Assembly (NCBI RefSeq): GCF_024521635.1
Contig: NW_026250405.1
Coordinates: forward strand, 1,612,001 to 1,676,000
Source: Tricharina praecox
Lineage: Eukaryota
DNA length: 64,000 bases
Reading direction: 5' to 3'
In this document: in pieces, positions 47,601-60,107 of the stretch
Layout: each line of letters begins with the position of its first letter
Position numbering within the stretch: the first letter of the stretch is position 1
Program-made: the position numbers and the translations under genes
The notes under the pieces: generated by a model
Database searches by the model: none
What the model saw: only the letters and a program-made list of their open reading frames with translations
What the model was told of the DNA's origin: nothing

Positions 47601-50600
47601 CGTCATTGGACTTGAAGGCCCCTGCGATTCCAATGCGACCCAAAACAGAAACAAAAAAAGAAAAGAAAAGACCCGCATAACGGAGAAATTGGCCGGTATT
47701 CGAGAACCATGGGTCCACAGATGGGACTGACTGAGTTTGTCGGCGCACGGGTGTTTTCGAGTACTCGGAATACCTTCTTCCTACCCAGTTATGCATACCG
47801 TGGGGTCGACTCCAAGTATGGAGAAATTGTTCTCAGGGTTCGAATTCGTCGATTGGGAACGGGGTCCGCAGGACTGGAAAAGGGGGGATGGGGGCGCTTA
47901 CACTAGGTATTCCTCCGTAGTAAGTACTCTATCGAGAACTTCAGGAAGGAGGCGAGGATTGGGTGTCGCGATGTGCCGAGGTACATAGGCTATGTACCTA
48001 CTCTAGAGTCTACATACCGTCCTCGTACCTATTTCAGCAGACCAGCCGGACTGCGCGAGTGTAGATCAAACGGTAGAGCAAATTACACCGCTGCTGAGAC
48101 GGCCGCGGTCGGCGGCGAGGAGTCGATACATGGCAGGTGCGTATGATACCGGTACCTACCCCATTCTCAAGGAACTCAGCCAGAAGTTTTCGAGCTCGCA
48201 TACGGTAGATATTGTACATGACCCCGACGTCATACGTACCCGCGACACAGGACACAGCGCGCCAAAATTATATCGGCGGCACGGGTGCATGTGCGTGCGT
48301 GCAAACGCCGCCCTCGACCTCGACCTTTCAGCTCCGATCAGATCTGGCCGGGTGAGTGAGCACGGCCGTGCGATCACGCAGAGTACAATACATTCTCTAC
48401 AGTACACGCCCCTTGAACCTACATGCATACCGTCGACCCCGTTTACTACTTACCTATATGTAGTACCTATAGGTACAGTAGTATAATATTAGCGGAGAAT
48501 CATTCCGATCCAGCTCCACCACATGCCCGACATGCGATTTCCATCCCTTTCTCTCCGTGTGTGGTTGCAAGTGCTCGCGATTTCCGACGCACTCCGGATC
48601 GCGATGCGTACGAGTCCACGGTATTTCGGTGCCTTACTTCGCACATGGCGGTGGTTCTTCGGCTCGGATGGTGTCACGACGGGATGGCGGTGGCGGCGGC
48701 GGCGGTGACGGCTGTGGTATGTAGTGGTGGTGGTGGTGGTGGTGGTGGTGGTGGTGGAACATGCATCCTCGTTACTAGTAGATAACCTTTTTATGCCCCG
48801 AAGCGGCACTTCCGGAACATACCGTCATACATACCGTCCCTTTTCCCTCCATCCCTCCCTCCCGCGCCGCGGTGGCGGACGGAACGGTCCGTAAGACGTC
48901 CCACCCCCTTGCGCCTGTGCCCGAATCACCTCCATACGGGCAATACTGTACAATACACTGTTACTATACCTACCACACACGATGTGCTCCCCTGAGCTGT
49001 GCAAAGCGGGGCGAAGAGACATGCATGCATGCAGGAGGAATCCAGAATCCATCGTGGGCGTTCGCAACGCGACGCGCGCGAGCACCGGCAACAGCAGCTA
49101 TGATCGGGGTACCTATTCTTCACGTTCCGGCTGCCACAGTGCTGGAGATGAGCGATCTCGGGCCCACGATGGAGGGGATCTGGGTAGGTAGGGAGGGACT
49201 CTATAGTATAGTACTCTGCCATATGGATAATGGGGGCCGCGGCGATGATGGCGTGGTGGATAAAGTAGATGGTTAGATATGTAGATACTTGTGGCATGAC
49301 GAGTGCCGTATGATATGTAGATATAGAGTAGAGTACATCGTATCCGTGCCCCTCCGCATGCATAGCATTCTCCTCGCGAGCAAGCAAAATGCAAACGCAA
49401 ATGCGAATGTAAATGCAGGCCGCTATACTCTATAGTAGAGTGCCGTACAATGCATTCATGCAGCATACTCTACTCAATATGTACCGTAGTTACCAACAGC
49501 CAAACAACCGCAAGCGCCAAACAACCCCTTCCGCGCCGCGCCGCCGCCGCCGCCGCAACTGTGCATCATAATTACAGTGTAGAGTATGTTCCATTGGGAA
49601 TTCCGTCTAGAATCCCATCGCACGACTGCTCTAGTAGTAGTAGCCATGTCCCCCATAGGGCCCATACGGTACCGTAGCGTATGCAATTCCCCATCTCCAG
49701 TGTCCATCCGGTGAGACAGTCCTCGGTGCCGACCGAACGTCCATCCCCACCGAATGCCTATCCCACCAACCACCGATCGGCGCCAACGAGCCACGATCAC
49801 CGACCACCGAGCGAAGGAAAACCTCGGCACGTAGGGGAATATCTTGCATCTTGCATCTTGCATCCTACACATCTACCAAGTATGTATCTACATAAACATA
49901 CAGTTCGAAGAGGCTGGATGCGGTAACTATAGTAATGGACAAGATTGGTCTGTGTGTGTGTGTGGGAGGAAGGGTGGGCTTGAGACATGGCGGGGCGGAC
50001 ACGGGAACCTGGTGCTACTCTACGATGTAGATAGATGTGTGATAGCCTTCATTCCTTCCACCTCGACCACCTCGACGTAGTTAAGTGCTGACTGACTGAA
50101 GCCTCAAGGGAGGAAGCGGGAGAGAAGCGAACTGCCGGCCACATACCTGCCTGCCTGAGTACCTGGGTACCTTGGTGCTTACTTGGTTACCTACTTGGTT
50201 ATATGTCGCCAGGGTAGTTCACATATGGGCATAGTCTAGTATCTACACATGGGGGAGAAACATCTACTACTACTACTACTAGTAGTAGAGCATGTACGGT
50301 ACATCTTCAAGCCCTGGTAATTGCAGCAGAATGGATACCCTACATACATACCAGTATTTGCCGTGTGGAGAAAGAAAATTCAGATCGGAACAAGTATCCA
50401 GAAGTTGAAAGGTCATGTTTCTATTTGCATCATACATGACCATCACACTCTATATGGGATTTTATGTATTTACTTGCGCTAGACTACTCCAGAGGATCGA
50501 CTCATGCCATGCCATGCCATGCGATGGTCACCAGTTGCTCGTATGTAAGTGCAAAAACATATTGGTTTTTTGGTTTTTGGGATTTTGTTTCCAGCTGCCC

Positions 50601-52234
50601 AGCAATTGTGCCGTCCGGCGGGTGTCGACTCGAGTGAAGTGCAGACTGTGCAGTGCAGTCGCGGCACAGATGGTTTACTCTGGTTAGGCCCCCTCGAAGC
50701 GGGCTGGAGAGAGTGAGAGAGCGCGGAAGAAATTCACAAACGACACTGGCTTACTTACATAACTTACTTCGCAGTGCAGGAAGCAGTGGGAATATGATCC
50801 GTTCGAGGTGGCTGCGTTGCGTCCCGGTACCGTATATGCTATACTATACGAAAGCAAGGCGAAGAAGAAAAAAAAAGCCAGTCAGCCAGTCAGTCAGCCA
50901 GCCAATGGTCCGTGTTGTTCGATTGACCGGGCACGATACGATGTAGAATACTAACAGTTGGTGGAAAATTTCTCGCTGCAGCCATGTATTGTACTCTGCA
51001 TACCTATCGGTGTATCGGTGAAAGAGAATGACGCCATGCAGAACTGAATGAGTGAGACCTGTGGATCCCATCCCATTCCAGAATCTCTCTCTCCTCTCTC
51101 TCTTACCCTCTCCTCTCTTGCCGGTGCGATCCGAGTACCGTAAGCCAGGTAGTTAATGGCGGTTACTTGATTAGTTACCGTAAGCGGGCTAGCTCGCGTG
51201 TTATTGTTGTTTTTGATGTTGTTGGGGCGTGGGGTTCCGTTTCTCGCCTCCTTGAGTGCTCGGATGATTTCGATTTCGAATTTTGTTTGTTTGTTTGGCA
51301 GAGGTTGAACTGCGGTTTTCGTTTATCCGGCTCCAGAGCCGCATAGTTGCCGTACTATATTCGTTTATGTAGGGAGCGGATTATTTCTCCTTCAGCCAGA
51401 GTATGTATAGTACAGTACATACCACTTGGTACGTATGCTACCAGGTACCTGGAAGGAAAAAAAAAGTCCTCATGCAGTGCAGTGCAGTGCGGTGCGGCGC
51501 GGTGCGCGCGAAGGTTTCGGCATCTTTATGTATGTTTAATACCGTAGTGCATCCGCGAACTTGAACCCGGATATGCAGGGAGAATCCTTTTGTATATAGT
51601 CATCCGTATGTAGGTATGTAGATATGCTTATGTGCATAGATAAATACTCTATGTATGTATGTGCATCTAGGGGGCTTCGTTCCGAGCGCCTCGCCTCGCC
51701 CTGGGGCCGTAGATATGTGTGGAGTATGTGTGGAGTACTTGGGGTAGATATGTGGAGTAGGTATGCTCCACCGATCGGGATGGGTAGCTATCTGGTACCG
51801 TATCTGGTAGATGAAGACATGCGGCGACGATGGATATAATTGAACCAGCGATTACTGTGCAAAGTAAGGAAGTACAATATCTACATAATTACATAGCGAA
51901 GCCACGGGTTTGGCCGGATTTGACTGGCCTGCGCTGGACTGGCCTGGTGTCCACTGGCCGGCGGCCGGCCCGGATCGCAACTGGACCAACACCCAGGACC
52001 AACATCCGGGACCAACATCCAGGATTCCAGGGACGATTGGCGATATGTAGAGTACAGAAGCTCGAGCGCTTGATCGATTCTCTTCAGGGACAAGGAAGGG
52101 GAATCGTAGATATCGTATCGTCGGCCCATCGGGCTACCTATGTATGTAAAGATAAGTCCACAAGTTACTCATTGAGAGGACGTGAGTATGATATGTATTT
52201 CGGTAATCCGATAAACTCGCTCCTTTTCTCTCAA

Positions 52235-52297
52235 CTGCGACTGCGACTGCGACTGCGACTGCGACTGCGACTGCGACTGCGACTGCGACTGCGACTG
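52235..52297 (+). repeat. (CTGCGA)10 microsatellite
   Basis: Ten perfect hexamers. Confidence 0.95.
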
Positions 52298-55200
52298 GAG
52301 AGAAGGGGGGATAAAAAATAAAAAAAATACAAGCTGCAGGAAGATCCAACATACTGGGTCGGGACTGGGTAAATCTGCAGCTACATACAGAACGTGACTT
52401 GAGGTGCATCCTACCTACCTAGCTTGCATTGCAGGCTGCAGGTGAGAAGTTAGAACACCTACGGTGAGGCAGCAAATGTTGGTATGATATGTAGGAATGC
52501 AACAAGGGGGTGGAGATGGTGATGGCGATGTATTGTATCTACACAGCTTCACTTGTATGTAGAGTACCCTCTCTATGCTTACTGGTAACTAACGACTAAT
52601 ACATCAGGAGTTCATGAGATTATGGCGCCGAGAAAGCACTCGCCTCCTGCGACTTGTGTACCTGCATCCTTCAAAGTTCAGCTGTATCTTTGGCCGACGC
52701 AGCCATTCCAGCATGTATTCTGGTACAAGGCATTTCCTGAGGCCTCCCGCAACTCGGGGTAGATAAAAGTAGATGTCCCCTCCCCTAGGTCCTCTAGCTG
52801 ACCAGTTATTGGCCTCGGACAGGGATACGACATGATGCTCATCGGACGTTGTTGGATCGTGAACGAGTTCTGCTTTTTATCGTCGCTAGCGATCGATTCG
52901 CCTTCAACGCTCATGATAGGATGGATAGGATGGATAGTATGGATAGGATGGATATGTAAGATGGAGGGGGGGAGGAGGGGGGGCGAGGAGGAGCTCGCGA
53001 GTGCCGGTCGGGGACGAGAGTGGGGCGGTTGGTGTTTGTGAGCGTCTGATGTTCGCTGCGATTGGACGTTCGTTGCAGTTGTTGTTTCCTCCTTCACCGG
53101 TGCGGTGTTATCGACGGTGGGACGCCAATCATGCTCCACTCGGATGAACCGATTCGAGTCGCCCGACGACATACCTAGCTGAGGACGAGGTAGAGTACTA
53201 GTATGGTACCAGCGCTCCCTGGAGGAGTATCTTGTTAGCATGTAGCTGCTCGTACCCACCATATGGATCCACAGATGGGTGGTTGTACGTACTCGACGGG
53301 AATTGGCGAGGAAAGCAAAGGACGTTTCTGTCAGCTTGCCACTAGCGTGGAGGCACTACGGAGATGGAAAAGGACGAGAAGGAGAAGCAAAAGAGGCGAT
53401 GATGGGGGAGGGGGCTGGCTGGCTGGCTGGCTGTGTTGTGCCACCATCATGGCCTGAGCAATCTCCATTGGGACTCGAGAACAGTAGACCGAAGGGCTTC
53501 CACGGAGCGCGAAACTTCCACCTGTCGCGGTCAACGTTCGGCATCATCATCATCGGAGCAGAAGCATCATCGTCAGACCACTATGTAGAGTACCGGTTTG
53601 CACGTATTCCTAGCCGCGACGATGACGCCGGTGCCTACTGTGGAGTGGAGAATCGTCTTCTCTTCTGGCTCCAGCCCAGAACCGCCCCGACCAGGCAGAA
53701 AGGACTCTGGAGAGCCAAGCGAACGAAACGAGCGGTTGGCTGTGCCTAGCGGGGCAGAGCTTCGGGGTCCTCGTTCTAAAGTTGTTCCCCTGAACGACGG
53801 TTAGTTAGCTAGCACAACCAGACTAACGAACTAACATGGCCAGGATCCCGGTAACTAACGTAAGACCCTTTTGGGTTCACACCGCAGAACAGAACTTGAG
53901 CGTGTCTCCAACACCGTGGGATCTCGACCCTATGGCCCCCTTCCCTCCCTATGCCTTCCCCACACATCCCATTGCCATCTCTCCCCTTTACTCACCTGTA
54001 GAGTAGTACCATCCTTCCAATTGATCCTTCGATGGCGCCGAGATGTTCGAGGCGAGAATCAAGGGTATGTATTCACGCATGCATATCAATATCTGGGCCC
54101 GAATGGTTGGGCATTGCCTCGTCGGATGGACGGACGGGCACGCACGAACGGACGATGCGAAGCGCACGGTAGTTGTTTGCATGGACACACAGTCCGGACC
54201 GCGGGCGGGAACGGTACGTAACTGCCCTTTCACTTTTTTGCTCGACAGAGCCAAGCGGAAGTGAGGAAGGGGGAGAGGCAAAGCCAGGGCAGTGCAAAGG
54301 TTGGACCGTTGGTTGGTTGGTTGATTGGTTGGTTGGTTGGTTGGGTCGGATCTTCAGGAACCGTGTCTGGAATTCCGCAAGTGAAACGTGAAACCGAAGG
54401 CACACGGTGGACGCGGACTCGAGTGAGTCCTCATCGGCGAATGGCTTCTGGTTGTATAGGTATTATAGAGCACCGTGGTACCCATGGGAAATACTCAATT
54501 TGACCTGCGTCCGTAGACATGTGCAGAGTAACTACGCACCTCTGTATAGATACTAATACTATAGCAATAGTACAGGGCGTCCGTCATCGTGCCGACGAAC
54601 TCGGGTCCCGTTGCAGTGTTGCAGAATTCGTCTTCTCCGTCTTCTTTTTCCGGTTTCTTCGTCTCCTTGGTTGTCTCCTTGGTGGTCTTTCTTTCGGGAT
54701 GTTCGTCCTCTCCTCCTCCTCGCTGGTCTGGCTGGCTGGTGTCTTGGGGTGCGGCGGACGACTCGTATCGGTCTAGCACGCTGCCCAGTGTCCCAGGCTA
54801 AACTCAGAGTGGCCATAGCAGCGTCCTCTCGCCATCTCTCGTTCATCCATCACATCTGAGGGCGAACTTGACTTGGTCGACGGACACTCCCCCCCCCCAG
54901 CCCTTCCTCCCCCCGGTCCGTGCTTGCTTGGATGCTTGCCCGCCCTGGAGCTGCATCCCTGCTTGTCTGTTCCGCCCCTGCAACACACGCAGGCGGAGAG
55001 AGAGGTAATGCAATAATAATTCCAATAATTAACTTGGGCACATCCCTCCATTAATATTGTCATTCGAGTCCCACCTGCAGATAGCCCGTGCATCTCTCCT
55101 CCTCCTCCTCCTGCTTCCTCCTCCCACTCCTCCACCTCTACCTCTAGAGTACTCTACCTACCCTCCCTCCCACCCGCCCACCCCCCAATAGGTAGACGCC

Positions 55201-56199
55201 CCTCCCCGCCCTTCTGCATCCTAACCGCCCGACCCATCCCCCAATCCGTCGTTGTCTCGTCCTCGAAGGAATCCGATCTTCCTCTCCGACTCCGACTGCA
55301 ACTCCAACTTCAACTTCAACTCCATCCCTATACACGCATCACCTACTCGACACGACTCTTACGACGAACGAAGCTTGATACCTCGTGGCCACTGGTTGGG
55401 CCGATCCCGTCGCTCTTTCGTCAACTCGATCCCGCTCAATCGCTCGCGAACCGCATCTCACATTCCCCACTTTAGCTTCCGTAGCAGAGACTCAATCCGT
55501 GGAAGCGCTGGGAGGATATCTGGTTGTCATATTTTCAGGTGGTTGGACTACTGCCCGCATTTGCTACACACGACGACGTTGGGGAACCTGAGTTATCGTG
55601 CTTCGGGAAGGGAACACTGACACCATCACCCATCGCCTTCGCTGCTGCTGCCGCCTGCACGATTCCGGTACTCCCACCCGTCAAATTGCCACACTCTCGT
55701 GCACGACTCCACGCTTCGGATCGCATAGACGGCCGTCGCAACGCGAGATAACTTTGCTCTCAACGGGTACCCGCGTCATCATCGTCGTCGTCCGCATTGG
55801 ATTTTTCGCTTCCGTTTGGAAACTTGCCTTCGTAGTGTGCTTGTTAACAAGTCCGTGGGCACACACCAGAAAAGGAAAAAGGAAAAAGAAACTGGTTCAT
55901 TGGAACCGGGGTGGAGACATTGCTCTCGAGTCAACCCAGGCCTGTCCGCTGTCGTCGTGTGAATACCCCTCGGTGCCCGCGGGCGAAAAAAATAAAAATA
56001 AAAATAAAGCTGTGGTATGCGATGATTCTCCGATGAGGTGGTGGAGGGACCAGGAGAAGGTCCGTCCTATATTTTTGTGTATCACGGGAAGCTTACGAAC
56101 CACTGGGGACAAAAGCAGCATCTAGTGTCGTCTCCACTCGGCCCTTGCTACGAATGACCAGTTGCTCGATTGTCGATTTCGAAGTCGACGCCCAATAAA

Positions 56200-59100
56200 A
56201 TGGACGATACATCCCAACCATCACAGCGTACCAGCATTTACGTTGTTGCGCCTCTGCGGATCGAAAAAGGGAAGAGGAGTACGAGCATCACATCACGAGG
56301 CTCGGGCTCACAGAAGTCGAGACCTCGCAGTCGCAACCACTCGCACAACCGTTCCGCCGGCGGTCATTCACATTCTTCCTCAAATCAACAGATCACCCCT
56401 CCTCCTTCACCACATCCACCTTATGGATCATACACGGACCCAGAGATGTCGCCAGAGTTCCATCCTTTCCTACGAGCGTTCTATCCATTCCACCCCACAT
56501 ATTCGAGCAATTCGACAACAGTAACATTACCACTTAATGCCGGGGATGTTATTCTGGTGCATAGTGTGCATACCAACGGATGGGCCGATGGCACCATGTT
56601 GAGTTCTGGCGCGCGAGGATGGCTACCGACGAATTATTGCGAATCGTACGAGGCGATTCACATTCGAGCGTTGCTGAAGGGATGCTTGGAGTTGTTTGAG
56701 CAGTTCCGTGCAGGCTCGGTCAATCAGATCGCTGTCACTGGCATCCTGGCCGGTGTGAGGCATTTGCTGGTACGTGCACTCAATCTATTTGTTACCAAAA
56801 TATACCCCCCCCCCCCCCCCTCCCCGAGAAACGGATCGACGGATGAATGGACGAAAAATTAATAAATTTGCTGTGAGCAGGAATCAACCGAATGCCTCAC
56901 GCGCGAGGCAGACATTGTGAGATCCAACGATGCGATCCGAAAAGCTCGCAAAGTGGTGCTTAACGAGCTCTCCGGACTGGTCAAGACTGCCAAGAAAATC
57001 AACAGCAAGTGCGGGGATGATGTCGTTGACGAATTGATCCTGCGGAGCTTCAAGATCGTCGTGCGCGGGGTTCGTTTCCTAGACGTATGGTACGACCAGT
57101 ACGAAATCACGGAGAGCTGTGCGGGCGATTTCGACGAAGATGATTACCTGAACGACAATTCAGTTCCGCCCACACCTCCGTGTGATTCGCTCGCTTCCCG
57201 ATCGTCGAGCACGGCTGGGTCGGACGCCAATGCTGGCGGCTATTTTAGTCCGCAGTCTGCAGACCGCGACCAGATTCGCTATACCCCGACTCGCCGAGTA
57301 GCCAGTGTGAAGACAGAATCCCATCCTCTACCGTCCACACCTTATACTCCGGCCCCACGTGCCAATGCGGACGAACATCTACGTCCGCAGAGTATCGAAC
57401 TTGCGTCCCCGCAGCAGGTCTATGCGCTGGCACGACTCAACACCACGCATGATGTATTACTATCTTATCTAGGATCATATATCGGTCGTATCCACTTGCA
57501 GGCGCGGTTTACACCCCAACTGCAACTCACACAACAACAGTCGGTTGCCGCAGCCCGTGATCTCCTTGCTGTCGTGGAGGCCGTTTACGCACGCGATCCC
57601 CGGGCTGGAGCTCTCGAGACAGCGAAGGAGGCTCTTTACCAACGAATCTCCTCGTTAATTTCGGCCACCAGAGAGGTTGTTTCGAATCGGACGGAGGAAG
57701 ACATGGGCGAGGACGAAGATGGAATCTTGATTCCAGATGGGGGAAGGAGTTTAGTGGAAGCCGCCACTGGGTGTGTCCGGGGGGCGGGAGAGTGTGTTGC
57801 GAAGTCGAAGTTCGCGATTGAGCGGATTGGCGACTTTGTCTTGGAACCAGCAGCGCTCAACATTGGTCTAGGTATAACTACCGACCCAGTGGAGGCGGAA
57901 GATGCCTTGGTGCCAGCTTGCGAAACACAACAAGAAGAAGTAGCTGCTGATGCGCCCACGCAAGAAGAAATCGATCGAGACCTTATGCCCCCTCCCCCAA
58001 CACCCGACAAGATTCCTCCACCACTACCACCCAAAGACTCGCCCGCACCGCCGCAAAAAGACTCCCCACCACTACTCCCACTCAAGGACTCCCCACCACT
58101 ACTCCCACGCAAAGATACATCACTACTACCACCCAAAGAAATCACACCACTTTCGCTCGCTTCGACCACACCCGCATTAACCGTAGATACTAGTGTGCGA
58201 TCGTCAATAACATCATCATCGACGGTTGCTCCATCTTCGCCCGTCGCTGCCGTGCAGCAGCCCACCGCCTCGCGACGGTCGTCTACCGCTTCGTCGCTTT
58301 CACCTCCTATGCTCAATGTTTCACCCTCGAACATCCAAGGTGAATACTGCGTGGAAACCATCCGAAAATCCTTCAACAAAAGCGTTCGGGCCGATAGCAT
58401 CGGTGCCGAATCTCTCGCAGCAACAGATTCTACCGGGGTCAACAGCGTCCGGGGATCCGAATTTAGCATTGTTTCACAGACGTCAACGAGAGCAACCACA
58501 CCCGAGCCTCTTTCCTCTACAAGCATCGACACCCCGATTCTCTCCACCGAGCTGGCGCTGCTCGGAAGCAGTCAAGTTTCCCTTGCTAGTGGCTCCGGCA
58601 GCGAATACCTGTCGGAGTCGCATGCAGAGGACTTGACATTTAATAAAGACGGGCAGATCACCGGTGGTACCCTTCCAGCCTTAGTGGAAAGGATGACCGT
58701 GCACAACTCTACTCCCGATGCGGTCTTCGTTGCGACGTTCTACCTCACCTTCCGACTATTCACGACCCCTCGCGACTTTGCCGAGGCATTGGTGGACCGC
58801 TTCGACACCGTGGGGTCGGCACCGGGTGCCACCCCTGTCCGACTCCGCGTCTACAACGTTTTCAAGGGCTGGTTGGAGTCGCATTGGCGAAACAGTGTCG
58901 ATGGCGATGCACTCGAAATCATCATATCATTCGCAGGCATGCGACTGAAGGAAGTGTTGCCTGGAGCTGCCAAGCGACTGCTCGAGCTTGCCGAGAAAGC
59001 CGCCTCCGTCGACGGACCCCTGGTTCCTCGCCTGGTTTCGGGCATGGGCAAGACCACCTCTTCGTCCACCACCTACAGCGTGCCCGAGACGCCCATCCTG

Positions 59101-60107
59101 ACTCCTGTCATCACAAGGAGCCAGCTCAATGCCCTCAAGGGTGCCCTCGGGCCTAACGGGGTGCCAGTGAGCATTCTCGATTTCGACCCGTTGGAGTTGG
59201 CGAGACAACTCACCCTCAAGGAGTCACGGATGTTTTGTTCGATATTGCCTGAAGAGTTGATTGCCCAGGAATGGACTAAGAAGAGTGGATCATTGGCTCA
59301 GAACGTGTTGGCAATGTCGTCGCTTTCTACCGACTTGGCACATCTCGTTGCCGAAACCATCCTCGACGTCCCAGACACCAAGAAACGTGCGGTGGTGATC
59401 AAACACTGGATCAAGATCGCCGACCGATGTCTGGAACTCAACAACTACGACTCCTTGATGGCTATCATGTGCACGCTGAATGCGTCCACGATCTTGCGAC
59501 TCAAGAAGACGTGGGAGCTGGTTTCGTTCAAGACAAAGCAAGTTCTGGAGCATTTGAGGTCGGTGATTGATGTTTCGAAGAACCATGCCGTGCTCCGCGC
59601 ACGGCTACGGAGTCATGTACCGCCTTGCTTGCCGTTCCTTGGAACCTATCTGACCGATGTATGTCCCATCTCACTGCTATATTGAAGGATTAAACTAACA
59701 TGCTCCAGCTTACCTTTGTGGACGTCGGAAACCCTTCCAAGAGACCCTTGTCTATCGACGGGTCGACCAAGCAGCTCATCAACTTCGACAAGCACATCAA
59801 GACTGCACGGATCATCTCGGAACTCCAACGATTCCAGATTCCATACCGGATCCAGGAAATCCCTGAGATGCAGAGCTGGATCGACCAGCAGATCGACCGG
59901 GTCCACAATTCGAAGGCGGCCGATGTTCAGCACCTTTACCGACGATCGTTGCTCTTGGAACCCCGCGAAACCCAGACCCAGAGGCCGACAAATACCCCCG
60001 AAGTCCAGACTCCGCCCCCACCGCCTCCGCAGGTAATCCCGAAGGAACACTCCGCAAAGTCGGATCTGTTCGCGTGGGCACATGTGTTTAGAGCTCCCGT
60101 AAATTAA
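56200..60107 (+). CDS. bud5: Bud5/Cdc25-family Ras guanine-nucleotide exchange factor with N-terminal SH3, REM and RasGEF domains (~1248 aa)
   Basis: Exons 56200-56769, 56881-59658 and 59709-60107 join in frame. SH3: FLRAFYPF...VHSVHTNGWADG...RGWLPTNY. REM: GGTLPALVERMT...FYLTFRLFTTP...VRLRVYNVFKGWLESHW. RasGEF: FDPLELARQLTLKE...LNNYDSLMAI...PCLPFLGTYLTD|LTFVDVGN...LINFDK. The Bud5 rather than Cdc25 assignment is my judgement from the motifs. Confidence 0.9.

Noticed and set aside
51545..51580. GGGTTCAAG B-box-like sequence on the minus strand
   Set aside because: No cloverleaf, acceptor stem or A box could be built around it.
52678..54846. Minus-strand ORFs (194, 94 and 95 aa) divergent from bud5
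   Set aside because: Low complexity, no recognisable domain, and I could not join them with convincing splice sites. An orphan gene or antisense RNA is not excluded.
57636..58547. 303-aa minus-strand ORF
   Set aside because: Antisense shadow of the Pro/Ser-rich part of the RasGEF.
26489..60107. rgsA and bud5 as a functional polarity gene cluster
   Set aside because: They are 28 kb apart, and nothing in the sequence links them beyond both being signalling genes with long leaders.
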